From: Macrostomum lignano
Lineage: Eukaryota
DNA length: 64,000 nt
Direction of reading: 5' to 3'
NCBI GenBank assembly: GCA_002269645.1
Contig: NIVC01000639.1
Coordinates: 166,972-230,971 of the forward strand
The position numbers and the translations under genes are program-made. How positions within the stretch are numbered: the stretch's first letter is position 1; the number at the start of each line of letters is the position of its first letter. Of this stretch, positions 13,586 through 24,500 are shown in pieces. The notes beneath the pieces were generated by a model that did no database searches, was not told where the DNA came from, and worked only from the letters and a program-made list of their open reading frames with translations.

Positions 13586-14054
13586 GACCGCTCTTGGTGT
13601 AGAAAGCACACGGTATACTTTTGCCTGTTTCTGGTCTCCAATAGCAGATTAATTTCAGTTCGTTTTGAAGCGACATTGGGGATGAATTCCAGCAAATCCC
13701 GTATAAAACTTCCGGATAAAGCAGCACGAAAAAAGTTTAAGTGCAAGATATTATAGCCATCCTGTTGCTAGGGGGTCTACGAGAAGTTCTGAACCCGGAC
13801 GAACTGCACTTGGGATTTGCCAGCCTGCGCCCCCTCCCCCCAGTCTAAGAAGACGACGTCTTTCTGATTGTACAGCTTACCAACAAACTATTCGCTGCTT
13901 TATCAAGGATGCAGAAAAACTGAAAAATGTCAGCAGTTCGGTACATCCTACCTTGTCTCGTGGAATTAAAGCTTTTAGTTGTAGAGGTCTGTCTAAGTGA
14001 GTGACTGCATGTTCTCGATCTTCGCTTGCTACACTGGTTAGCATTAGAGCTGAC

Positions 14055-15850
14055 GGGTTTCAGACTGTCAGGATCGCTAGAGTGGTTGTCAGACTGTCAG
14101 GCTTGCTTGGGGGTCAGACTGTCAGGATCGCTAGAGTGGTTGTCAGACTGTCAGGCTTGCTTGGGGGTCAGACTGTCAGGATCGCTAGAGTGGTTGTCAG
14201 ACTGTCAGGCTTGCTTGGGGGTCAGACTGTCAGGATCGCTAGAGTGGTTGTCAGACTGTCAGGCTTGCTTGGGTGTCAGACTGTCAGGATCGCTAGAGTG
14301 GTTGTCAGACTGTCAGGCTTGCTTGGGTGTCAGACTGTCAGGATCGCTAAAGTGGGTGTCAGACTGTCAGGCTTGCTTGGGTGTCAGACTGTCAGGATCG
14401 CTAGAGTGGGTGTCAGACTGTCAGGCTTGCTAGAGTGGGTGTCAGACTGTCAGGATCGATATAGTGGGTGTCAGACTGTCAGGATCGCTAGAGTGGGTTT
14501 CAGACTGTCAGGATTGCTAGAGTGGGTGTCAGACTGTCAGGATCGATAGAGTGGGTGTCAGACTGTCAGGATCGATAGAGTGGGTGTCAGACTCTCAGGA
14601 TCGCTAGAGTGGTTGTCAGACTGTCAGGCTTGCTTGGGTGTCAGACTGTCAGGATCGCTAGAGTGGGTTTCAGACTGTCAGGATTGCTAGAGTGGGTGTC
14701 AGACTGTCAGGCTTGCTAGAGTGGGTGTCAGACTGTCAGGATCGATAGAGTGGGTGTCAGACTGTCAGGATCGCTAGAGTGGGTGTCAGACTGTCAGGAT
14801 CGCTAGAGTGGGTGTCAGACTGTCAGGATCGCTAGAGTGGGTGTCAGACTGTCAAGGATCGCTAGAGTGGGTGTCAGACTGTCAAGGATCGCTAGAGTGG
14901 GTGTCAGACTGTCAGGATCGCTAGATGAGTGTCAGACTGTCAGGATCGCTAGAGTGGGTGTCAGACTGTCAAGGATCGCTAGAGTGGGTGTCAGACTGTC
15001 AGGATCGCTAGAGTGAGTGTCAGACTGTCAGGATCGCTAGAGTGAGTGTCAGACTGTCAGGATCGCTAGATGAGTGTCAGACTGTCAGGATCGCTATAGT
15101 GGGTGTCAGACTGTCAGGATCGCTAGAGTGGGTGTCAGACTGTCAGGATCGCTAGATGAGTGTCAGACTGTCAGGATCGCTAGAGTGGGTGTCAGACTGT
15201 CAAGGATCGCTAGAGTGGGTGTCAGACTGTCAAGGATCGCTAGAGTGGGTGTCAGACTGTCAGGATCGCTAGATGAGTGTCAGACTGTCAGGATCACTAG
15301 AGTGGGTGTCAGACTGTCAAGGATCGCTATAGTGGGTGTCAGACTGTCAGGATCGCTAGAGTGAGTGTCAGACTGTCAGGATCGCTAGAGTGAGTGTCAG
15401 ACTGTCAGGATCGCTAGATGAGTGTCAGACTGTCAGGATCGCTATAGTGGGTGTCAGACTGTCAGGATCGCTAGAGTGGGTGTCAGACTGTCAGGATCGC
15501 TAGATGAGTGTCAGACTGTCAGGATCGCTAGAGTGGGTGTCAGACTGTCAGGATCGCTAGAGTGAGTGTCAGACTGTCAGGATCGCTAGATGAGTGTCAG
15601 ACTGTCAGGATAGCTAGAGTGGGTGTCAGACTGTCAGGATCGCTAGAGTGGGTGTTAGACTGTCAGGATCGCTAGAGTGGGTGTCAGACTGTCAGGATCG
15701 CTAGAGTGGGTGTCAGACTGTCAGGATCGCTAGAGTGAGTGTCAGACTGTCAGGATCGCTAGATGAGTGTCAGACTGTCAGGATCGCTAGAGTGGGTGTC
15801 AGACTGTCAGGATCGCTTGCTTGGGTGTCAGACTGTCAGGATCGCTAGAG
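14055..15850. repeat. 29-bp minisatellite, array 2 (same family; local alternating higher-order variant near 14070-14350)
   Basis: Same unit as 11842-13585, separated from it by about 470 bp of non-repetitive DNA. Confidence 0.97.
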
Positions 15851-15964
15851 TTTCCAAAATTCTCGAGTGACGGTCAGAACAGTGCCACGACAACGCTTTT
15901 CCAGGAAGCGCTATGAACACAATTTACCAGCACAAGGAAAGCTCGGGAGCGCAACAACCCTGAA

Positions 15965-16578
15965 TAGGGAATACAATCCCGGGATTTTGGTTAGGCCTAA
16001 ATCCCGGGATCACAATTGTCCGGTATTCGAAAATCCCGGGATTGACCATCGGGATCCTGATCCTGCTTTGCAATGATCTCGAGTATCTGCAGCTGAGATA
16101 CTTGTCAGGTGAAAATCATAACTCAGTTGTCCTACCTTGATTTCTTAATCGTTTTAAGCATGCAGGGTAGCGAGTAGAAGGCTATAGGGCTGCAGGGACA
16201 CGAAACAGAAGCTGTTAGCAGGTCGTAAGGGTATTTAAGGTGTACTAATGTAGAACTACTTTAAGCAGTCCCTACCTTCAAAACTCCTTGGCCGTAGTTG
16301 GGATTAGAACAGTGGGGACCTTGCTATCGGACCACAACCCAAGCTACCAGTTCTCCATCTAGGGCGGGTGCCCCTGGGAGGGTGAGGTCTGATCCCCTTC
16401 TGCCCTGGTATCAGTGCCTCGGGCCATAGCTCTGTAAGCTATCATTCTTCAGGTTACATCACAATCAAGTGTGATTTTCCTGAGCTGATACTGGCATGTA
16501 AAAAAGCACCTTTACAGCACCTTTACAGAAATCCCGACAATCCCGAGATTGGCAAAACTCGGGATTTTGTATTCCCTA
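15965..16578. mobile_element. Non-autonomous hAT-type MITE (614 bp)
   Basis: TIRs TAGGGAATACAATCCCG / CGGGATTTTGTATTCCCTA; subterminal (AT)CCCGGGAT repeats; exact 8-bp TSD ACCCTGAA at 15957-15964 and 16579-16586. Confidence 0.88.
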
Positions 16579-17279
16579 ACCCTGAACATTTAAGTGGTTT
16601 GCCATGATGCCATGCCATTGCCATCGGTTTGTCACAACCCACCAATATTTTCAGTCAGTTTCATTTTATTAATTGGACCAGTGCCCAATCCGAGTCAAAT
16701 GTACAGTGCGCACGGAATGCACACTCCTTGTACACTCACTCACTCTGTGCGCTTGAGGCCTCAGCTTAGGAGTGGGGCTGGGGGGTGCTTGCGATAAGTC
16801 AGCTCGCAGTCAATTGGGTGACGGGGCACAGCGGGGGGGGTCTGCATTTGAAAGGCTGTGCAGTCGCCCGGCCCCATTTTACTGATAAGCGAATGGAGGC
16901 CTGATATGGCATAAAGCGTTGTAGCGATCTCGCAGTGCTTTATATAGCCTGGCTGGCAAACTGCGTGGGCCGCACGAGGAGAAAAACGCAACAAACAGGT
17001 AAACCGACCAAGCTGCCAAGAGAAGCCTTCGATTTGGCAGCTCACCTGCAATCAACTACGCTTTAGTATTGTTTGTTTGTTAAAAACCTTCGCAAAAGAC
17101 TGCCTTATTGGGGCATTTCCCGCAACTGCGCGAGCCTGATAAGATAAAGGCCGATTCAATTCACTTTCAAAAAAGACAGGCTCAGCGAGCGGAAAGGCGA
17201 GGCAAAACGAGTAATTAACAGCTGAAAAATACTGCAGAATTTCCTGGCAGCCTGCGCGAAACAGTTGACGCTGGGAAAC

Positions 17280-20200
17280 ATGACTCTAAGGCTCCGGCTG
17301 CTCACTCTGCAGCTGCTGCTGCTGGCCGCATCAGCTTCAGCCAGCCAGCCGCTGGGCTCCAGCAGCCGCCTGTGCAAGACGGTCTACATCTCAAGTCGCG
17401 AGTACCGCACCCACAGGAACATCAGCCGGCTGCATGCTGAGCTCCAGGCCAGCGTGGACGGCTGCCAGTACGTTCACGGCGACGTAATCATCCAGAACAT
17501 CGGCGCCGACTCCGTCACTGAGGAGCCGATTGACGAGGCCATCCGCGGCCTCCAAACCGACTTCCTGGACTCCATCATCGAGATCAGCGGCCGATTGGTG
17601 ATCAAACGGATTAACCTGGAGCGCATCAGCTTGCGCAACTTGCGCGCCATCCGCGGCTACAACCTGGAGAACACCAGCCCCTTCTTCGCAATGGAGGTTT
17701 TCCAATCGAAGTACCCGGTCAAGCTAGAGCTGCCGCAGCTGAGCGCCATCCTGCAAGGCGACGTCCGCATCATCGGCAACCTGCACGCCGACCTTTACTG
17801 CTACCTGTCCCGCCGGATTAATTGGCCCAGCCTCTTCCAGAGCCACTCGAGCCGAACGCCGCAGCAGTTCAACGACAACGTGGAGATCATGACGCTGGGC
17901 GACCAGCAGATCAACGTCAGCGACTACGCCGCAACCGAGAAGGTCTGCACGTCGCTTCCAGCGTGCAACTCCAGCTGCCACACGGAGAAGTCCGGGCGGC
18001 AGCTCTGCTGGTCCGACAGTCCCGGGGGCTGCCAGAGCTTCCACGGGTGTCTCGTGCGCCCATGTCGGAACTGCTTCCGCCATCCGTACACAGGCAACGA
18101 GGAGTGCTGCGAAAGCGACTGTCTTGGCGGTTGCTCGAACAAATCGGACGGCTGCTTTTCCTGCCGCGATGTCAGCCTGGACGGCGTCTGCAAAGGCAAC
18201 TGCCCGATGAAGACCGATCTGAACCCCGGCACCAACAAGATCGAGACGCGGAACTCCAGTACAACTATGAAGCGAGTGGGCAACATCTGCGTGAAACAGT
18301 GCGAGATGCCCTTCGTCACCAGCTCCAACGACAAGTACTGCGTGAGCGAGTGCCCTCTGACCGAGATTCCCGTCAATGGCATCTGCACGCGCTGCGCGGC
18401 CAAGCACCAGTCTGCCTGCGAGACGTGCACCGTCGACACGCTAATCATGAGCGACAAAGTGGCGCAGGCTTTGAAGAACGGCAACTGCACGATTTGGCGG
18501 ACCGACTCGTCGCTGGATATCAACTCGGAGAAGCTCAACAGCAGTGCCAGCCTCGAGACGCTGGAGTTTCTGCGAATTTTCTATGGCCGACTGTTCATCA
18601 AGCGGACGGATCGGCTGGTGGACAATCTGCGGTTCCTTCGCAATCTTAAATTTGTTTCGAACAACTTTGGCATCATGATGCTGCACACGCGGTACCTGGG
18701 CCTCGCCAGCCTGCGATACGCCAAAGCTCTCTGGCTCATCAAGATCAGCGGGCTCTGCGAAGCTTGGTACCCTAGCAGAAGAATTCGACAGATTACAGAG
18801 GTCACGAAAGAATTTACCATAGGCACCCGTGAAATCAGCTTCGACAACACGAGCGAGGTGTGCAGGAACGCCGTCTGTGACCCCCAGTGCCGCGACGAGT
18901 GCTGGGGACCCGGATCCGACATGTGCGTAGCCTGCCGGAACTTCGAGGTGGACGGCCGCTGCTACGCCACGTGCCAGGATTCCGGTCGGTACAATCTGAG
19001 CGGAGAATGTCAGGAGTGCCACAGCGAGTGCGAGGGCGGCTGCAGCAGTCCGAGCGCCTCCGAGTGCGAGCGCTGCAGCAACCTGGAGGAGGACGGCAAG
19101 TGCGTGGCCGCCTGCAGCAGCCGAGAGATGCGCGCCGACTCGAAGGGCCGCTGCTACTCGGTGGCGTCTGCGAGACTCCTCACCGTCGGCATTGGCGTCG
19201 GGCTGCTCATTCTGGTGCTGCTGGTGCTGCTGCCGGTGGCCTACGTGCACTACCGGAGGCGCATGCGAAAGTACGAAATCGTCGACTTGGACGAGTACCT
19301 GACGGACCCGAGCAACCCGAACGCCATGGCGAAGCTGCTGATTGTGAATGACGACGATGTGATGAAGCAGAAGGAGATTGGCAGTGGCGCGTTCGGCACG
19401 GTGTACAAGGGCATCCTGCGGTCGAGCACGAACAAGGGAGTTCGCGAGCTGCCCGTCGCGATCAAGGTGCTGCGCGGCCACAGTCCGAAGCTGGGCCAAG
19501 AGCTGCTGAACGAAGCGAGCATGCTGGCCAGAGTGCAGCATCCATGCTGTATCCGACTGGTGGCTCTGTGCCTGACCCAGGAGCCGCAGCTGATCACGGC
19601 GCTGATGCCTCGGGGCTGTCTGCTGGAGTTCCTGCGAGCGCACCGCAACCAGATCGGTGCGGAGCGAATGCTGCGCTGGGGTCTACAAGTGGCAGAGGGC
19701 ATGGAGTACCTGGAGTCTCTGGGCATTGTACACCGCGACCTGGCTGCCCGCAACGTGCTGCTGCAGACTCCGGACCAGGTGAGGATCACGGACTTCGGGC
19801 TGGCCCGTCTGCTGGACATGTCGGAGGGCGAGTTCATCCAGACGGCCGGCCTGCTGCCGGTGAAGTGGCTCGGCGTGGAGTGCTTTGAGTCCGGACTGTT
19901 CAGCCACAAGTCGGACGTGTGGAGCTACGGCGTGCTGTTGTGGGAGATCTGCACGTTCGGTGAGTCGCCCTACAACCCGTACGGGATCCGCTCGGTGGAG
20001 GACATCACCGGCCTGCTGAAGAAGGGCATCCGACTGAACCAGCCCGACATCTGCAGCATCGACTTCTACAACATCCTGCTGAGCTGCTGGCTGCCGCATC
20101 CGGAGTCTCGGCCGAGCTTCCGCGACATGGTCGGCACCATGAATGACTGCCTCGCCTGCCCGTCCAAGTACATCGCACAGCGGTACAGCACCATGGACCC

Positions 20201-20552
20201 GAACCTGTTCGACACCGATGATGCTGTCGGGTTTGTGACCGAAGTGTCAAAGCCGGCCGCACCGCAGCCGTTGCAGAAAAGCCCGGACAAGCACGGCGTG
20301 GAGCTGAACTCGTACATCTCCGACCCGACCTCCTGCTCGGCATCGAAACTGCGTAACTCGCCGGCACGGGCGCTGCAAGCTCAGGCCAGCAACACCAGCG
20401 AGAGCGCCGGCCTGCTGAGCGGCCAGATGAGCGTGCCCGACGCAAACGACGACTACCTGACGCCGACGTCGCCGGGAGATAACTACGGAGACGTGCACGA
20501 CGGTGGCGGAGCATGCGGCCTGGACGACTACCTGACGCCGAGGAAGGCGTGA
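17280..20552 (+). CDS. EGFR: EGFR/ErbB-family receptor tyrosine kinase, copy B (single exon)
   Basis: Uninterrupted ORF; likely start ATG 17280 (MTLRLRLLTLQLLLLAASASA, signal peptide). L1-CR1-L2-CR2-TM-kinase with the same catalytic motifs as copy A, and a Tyr-containing tail (YSTM, DDYLTP twice). Confidence 0.95.
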   Translation: MTLRLRLLTLQLLLLAASASASQPLGSSSRLCKTVYISSREYRTHRNISRLHAELQASVDGCQYVHGDVIIQNIGADSVTEEPIDEAIRGLQTDFLDSIIEISGRLVIKRINLERISLRNLRAIRGYNLENTSPFFAMEVFQSKYPVKLELPQLSAILQGDVRIIGNLHADLYCYLSRRINWPSLFQSHSSRTPQQFNDNVEIMTLGDQQINVSDYAATEKVCTSLPACNSSCHTEKSGRQLCWSDSPGGCQSFHGCLVRPCRNCFRHPYTGNEECCESDCLGGCSNKSDGCFSCRDVSLDGVCKGNCPMKTDLNPGTNKIETRNSSTTMKRVGNICVKQCEMPFVTSSNDKYCVSECPLTEIPVNGICTRCAAKHQSACETCTVDTLIMSDKVAQALKNGNCTIWRTDSSLDINSEKLNSSASLETLEFLRIFYGRLFIKRTDRLVDNLRFLRNLKFVSNNFGIMMLHTRYLGLASLRYAKALWLIKISGLCEAWYPSRRIRQITEVTKEFTIGTREISFDNTSEVCRNAVCDPQCRDECWGPGSDMCVACRNFEVDGRCYATCQDSGRYNLSGECQECHSECEGGCSSPSASECERCSNLEEDGKCVAACSSREMRADSKGRCYSVASARLLTVGIGVGLLILVLLVLLPVAYVHYRRRMRKYEIVDLDEYLTDPSNPNAMAKLLIVNDDDVMKQKEIGSGAFGTVYKGILRSSTNKGVRELPVAIKVLRGHSPKLGQELLNEASMLARVQHPCCIRLVALCLTQEPQLITALMPRGCLLEFLRAHRNQIGAERMLRWGLQVAEGMEYLESLGIVHRDLAARNVLLQTPDQVRITDFGLARLLDMSEGEFIQTAGLLPVKWLGVECFESGLFSHKSDVWSYGVLLWEICTFGESPYNPYGIRSVEDITGLLKKGIRLNQPDICSIDFYNILLSCWLPHPESRPSFRDMVGTMNDCLACPSKYIAQRYSTMDPNLFDTDDAVGFVTEVSKPAAPQPLQKSPDKHGVELNSYISDPTSCSASKLRNSPARALQAQASNTSESAGLLSGQMSVPDANDDYLTPTSPGDNYGDVHDGGGACGLDDYLTPRKA

Positions 20553-21578
20553 GCTGCCGGCCTACCACCCTTGCACCGGTTGACCTGGGAGAATTTTTAT
20601 TTGTGGATTGAATTTTTATCCTTTTTGCACTCGCTTTACCATGTAATGTTTCAATTTCTCAATATTTAATAATGTAGGTATTACAAACTCTTATGAATCA
20701 GTAAGCTGATCAGTCTGGGCACTTGGGTCAATGGTGCTCAGCCTCCCCTAGCAGTGAGCAGCGGGAACTCTGAACTCTGTAAAGGACGCCAATCAAATAA
20801 GAGAATCGCAGCCGACCTCAGTTGTTTGCAGACAAAATAGGTTTCTCGAGCTTCAGAATTGGCTGCCTTTTTTACCTGTACCTGGCCCTGGGCTTTTTGT
20901 GATTGCTATTGCGGCTCTTCGTGTAGCGCTTGGGTTGCTTGTGATAGCAATTTTTTAACTGTATTAGCTTGCACAAACATATTTGTACCTGTCATGCAGA
21001 GCCCATTGCAAATTAATTGTACGTAACAGTTCACCAATAATTATCTATTTTTGTTATCATTGAATATTAATTATTAACAAGTTTGTTGTTGTAAAGACAA
21101 ATATTTAAGCAACTAAAATGTGTATCATCTTCATGTCTGTATTTCATTCTCTGCTTTGCGTCTCGCTTGTAATTGTAATCGAAAAGCTTTTGTTGATGTT
21201 GTTGATGCGCTGCATGTGTGACGCAATACATCTGGTAATGAGCCTTGTTCGTTTCCAGAGCAGTATGGATTGCTTAATGTCATTTCAGCAACTATTTTTA
21301 ATGCTCTATACAAACTTTTACCTCTGTGTTGTCGCTTCTCAATAACAAATCAGTTAATTGGAATTATGAATATTTTGCTCGGATTTTGAATCCCCAATCC
21401 GTCAATGTGCTGCAAAATTTGATTGAATAAAAAACTGCTGGCATCACAGAAATTTTCTTTTTTCGCTTGGCTCGACCTGGTTGTTGGCGTCATCGCTGCA
21501 GTTTTCATAAATAAAAGCATCAACGGTCATTACAAGACAAGCAAAATGCAAAGTTTTACACAGCACGTGACAAGCTGC

Positions 21579-24500
21579 CACGGTTGGGCTGGAATAAGAT
21601 TTCGGGGTAAAAAAATGCCCAATAAAACGACCACTGCAGTGTGATAGAGGAACATCTCAGCTGCTAGGGGAATATTTTCCTAAAATGAAATCGGTTTGTC
21701 CTGACCAGTTATGCCTAATTATGTTAATTAGCTAGCATAATTAATTTATGTACTCGAAATTAGCCGTTTCCTTCGTGTGAAATCGCCTAAAAACTGCTTT
21801 TATGGCCTGGTCTGCTTTTATGTTTTTATGATATAAACTGCTATTATACTGGATGAGCAGTTGCTAATCAGAATGTATGCAGCAGCCAATGCTCTGCTCT
21901 AGCTTCAATATGAACTGTTGTGCTCTAGGTCTCACGCACTCTCTTTGCTCAATATCGAAATTAGCACATGAACGTACGTACGTTCGTACTGTTCTATTTC
22001 ATATGCGTCGGACTGTCAGATGTACATTGATTATTGCAACTTTCATAGCCAACTCATATCAGCACTCAAATAAATATCACAACCAATACTCAAGTCAAGG
22101 CCAAATTCAAAACATTTGTCTCTTGCATCAGTGGCCAGCGATCAATTTCAGAATTTCAGAATATGCCGAATGCAAAAAAATCACATGAGGAGTGCAGAGA
22201 GAGTCTGTGTTTGCTCTGTTTGCGGAAAGCCTCGCGCTCAATTTGGTCGGTAGCCAATTTTTCTGCTGAGGATTTGGTGCCGAATTTCGCCTCTGTACAG
22301 CACATTCTGCCGACCGGCTTGTGTGACGGGTGTCGACGCATCATTTCATCTCTATCTGGTCCAGCGCCTCGTGAGTTGCCACCAAGGCTAAACTATGAGC
22401 AGATGGTTGCCGACCTGCAGAGTCTGCCTCCGTCCACAAGAAATAATCCGCATTGCTCTTGCGAACTGTGCGAGCTTGCCAGATCGAAGAACAGCAGCAA
22501 GTTGACAACTTCTGTCAGCTCTTACAGTACTGGCGCTGCTGCATCTCGTCCAGGACGACCTCGAAAACATCCATTGTCGGCAGCTGATGCAGCACAACCA
22601 CAGTTCATTTGCTCGTTTTGTCGATCAGAAATTGGCCGTGGCAAGAAACACAACTGCTCAAGAGCAACGCGACTGACTAATCTGCAGCAGGGTGTCAGTC
22701 CTGATACGCAGGACATGCTGGCCAGCAGCTGCATATCAACAAAAGCTGCAGCAAGTGGCTCCAGCTGTGTTTCCTTGTCACGGATGGAAGGTGGTCGCCC
22801 AATGCGCGTGACTGTTGGTGCTAGTGTGGGCAATGGAGCAACCAGCTTCCCTGCAACTTCTATCAGCACAATGAAGACACTGAAAGGTGTGCTGAATCTT
22901 AGCAACAATCAGACGCTGCAGGTCGCGCAGGTACTGAGAGCTGGTGCAAGCTCTTCGCGAGCAGTTGAATCTAGGCTGAAAGATTCATTAGTGACTCAGA
23001 ATCGTGTATTGGAAGACTTTTTTAAACTTAAGACACTTCAATTCGAGCTGTCATCTTCTGCCATTGGTGATCGTGCTGCTGTCCTCTGCACTGATGCTTC
23101 GCGCCTCATTGAATTTATTGTCCAACAGCGAGGAGCCTCTAACTTCGAATGCCGGCTGGGGCTTGATGGTGGCGGAGGTTTTTTTAAGATTTGCGTGTCT
23201 GTCGTTGCGTCCACGTCTGACCATCAGGTGCACGGCGGTGCTGCTGCAGTTCACGAAAGTGTGCGACGCCACTCACAGTTCAATGACGCCGGAGTGAAAA
23301 AAATTATAGTTCTCGCAATCGTCAACGACATCTCAGAAACGTACAAAAATGTAAAAACACTGCTACAGGCTGTTTCTGTGGTAGAGCTGTCTGCTGTGAC
23401 TGTCACAGACATGAAGCTAGCAAACATTCTCTGCGGACTCCAGCCTCACTCGTGTGCTCACCCATGTCCGTACTGCGAGTCTACTGCACCACTGACGACA
23501 AGCGGCAGGCCACGAACCCTCGGTAGAATTCGGCAGAAAGTGCAGGAGTTCAATTCTGCTGGACGAGTTTGGAGCAGAGCGAAGCAGTTCATGAACTGTG
23601 TCAATCTGCCGCTGCTGGCTGGTGATGATGACGAGGAAGTGCTGATGCTGCTGCCCCCTCCTGAACTGCATCTTCTGCTCGGAATCAGTAACAAATTGCT
23701 TGATTCTTTGAACGAAGCTTGGGGCGAAGACCGCGGATTTGCATGGCTACAATCTCACGGCATCGTGCGAGCGGGGTACCGCGGCGGCACAATGGAAGGC
23801 AACGCTTGTCGCAAATTGCTGCTGATGGCTGAGGTTCTTCTTGAAGACGTTCCTCATGAACTACAGCCCTTCGCCCAGTGCTTGATTTGCTTCAACAGCG
23901 TTGTTAATGGAGCATTTGGCCAGGAATTGGTCCCGGATTTTGGTGAGCGAATCGAAAATTTTGGAGCTGCATACCTGGCACTGGGATTGACTGTCACGCC
24001 CAAAGTGCATGTTCTCCTTTGCCACGTGAGCGACTTCTGCCATCGCACTGGTCGTGCACTTGGAACTTGTAGCGAACAGGCAGTAGAGAGCGCACACTCG
24101 GATTTCCAGCGGACTTGGCAGCGCTACAGGCTGCCAGCCGATCACCCACAGTTCGGCAATAGGCTGCTGCAGGCAACAGTGGCGTATAACAGCTGGCATA
24201 TCTAATGCAGTGACATATTTAATGCGGTGATGGCTTTTCATTTGACTAAATTTACTGTCGTGTTGTGCAGCCTACTTTGCTGCATGCTGTTGTTACCAGC
24301 ACTACTACATGGATGAAGAAAAACAGTATAATAGGAGCAATACTTCCATGACAATTTGTGAAGGGATCTATCTAAAAGTTCAACATCCAAAAGTTTGAAT
24401 ATTGATTCTATTGGCAATGGAAGTAATTCAAAAGAAATATTCAATATCTAAAAAAACTTTTGACCCAGACTTTTCTGCTCAGATTAGCAATATTCTCTTC

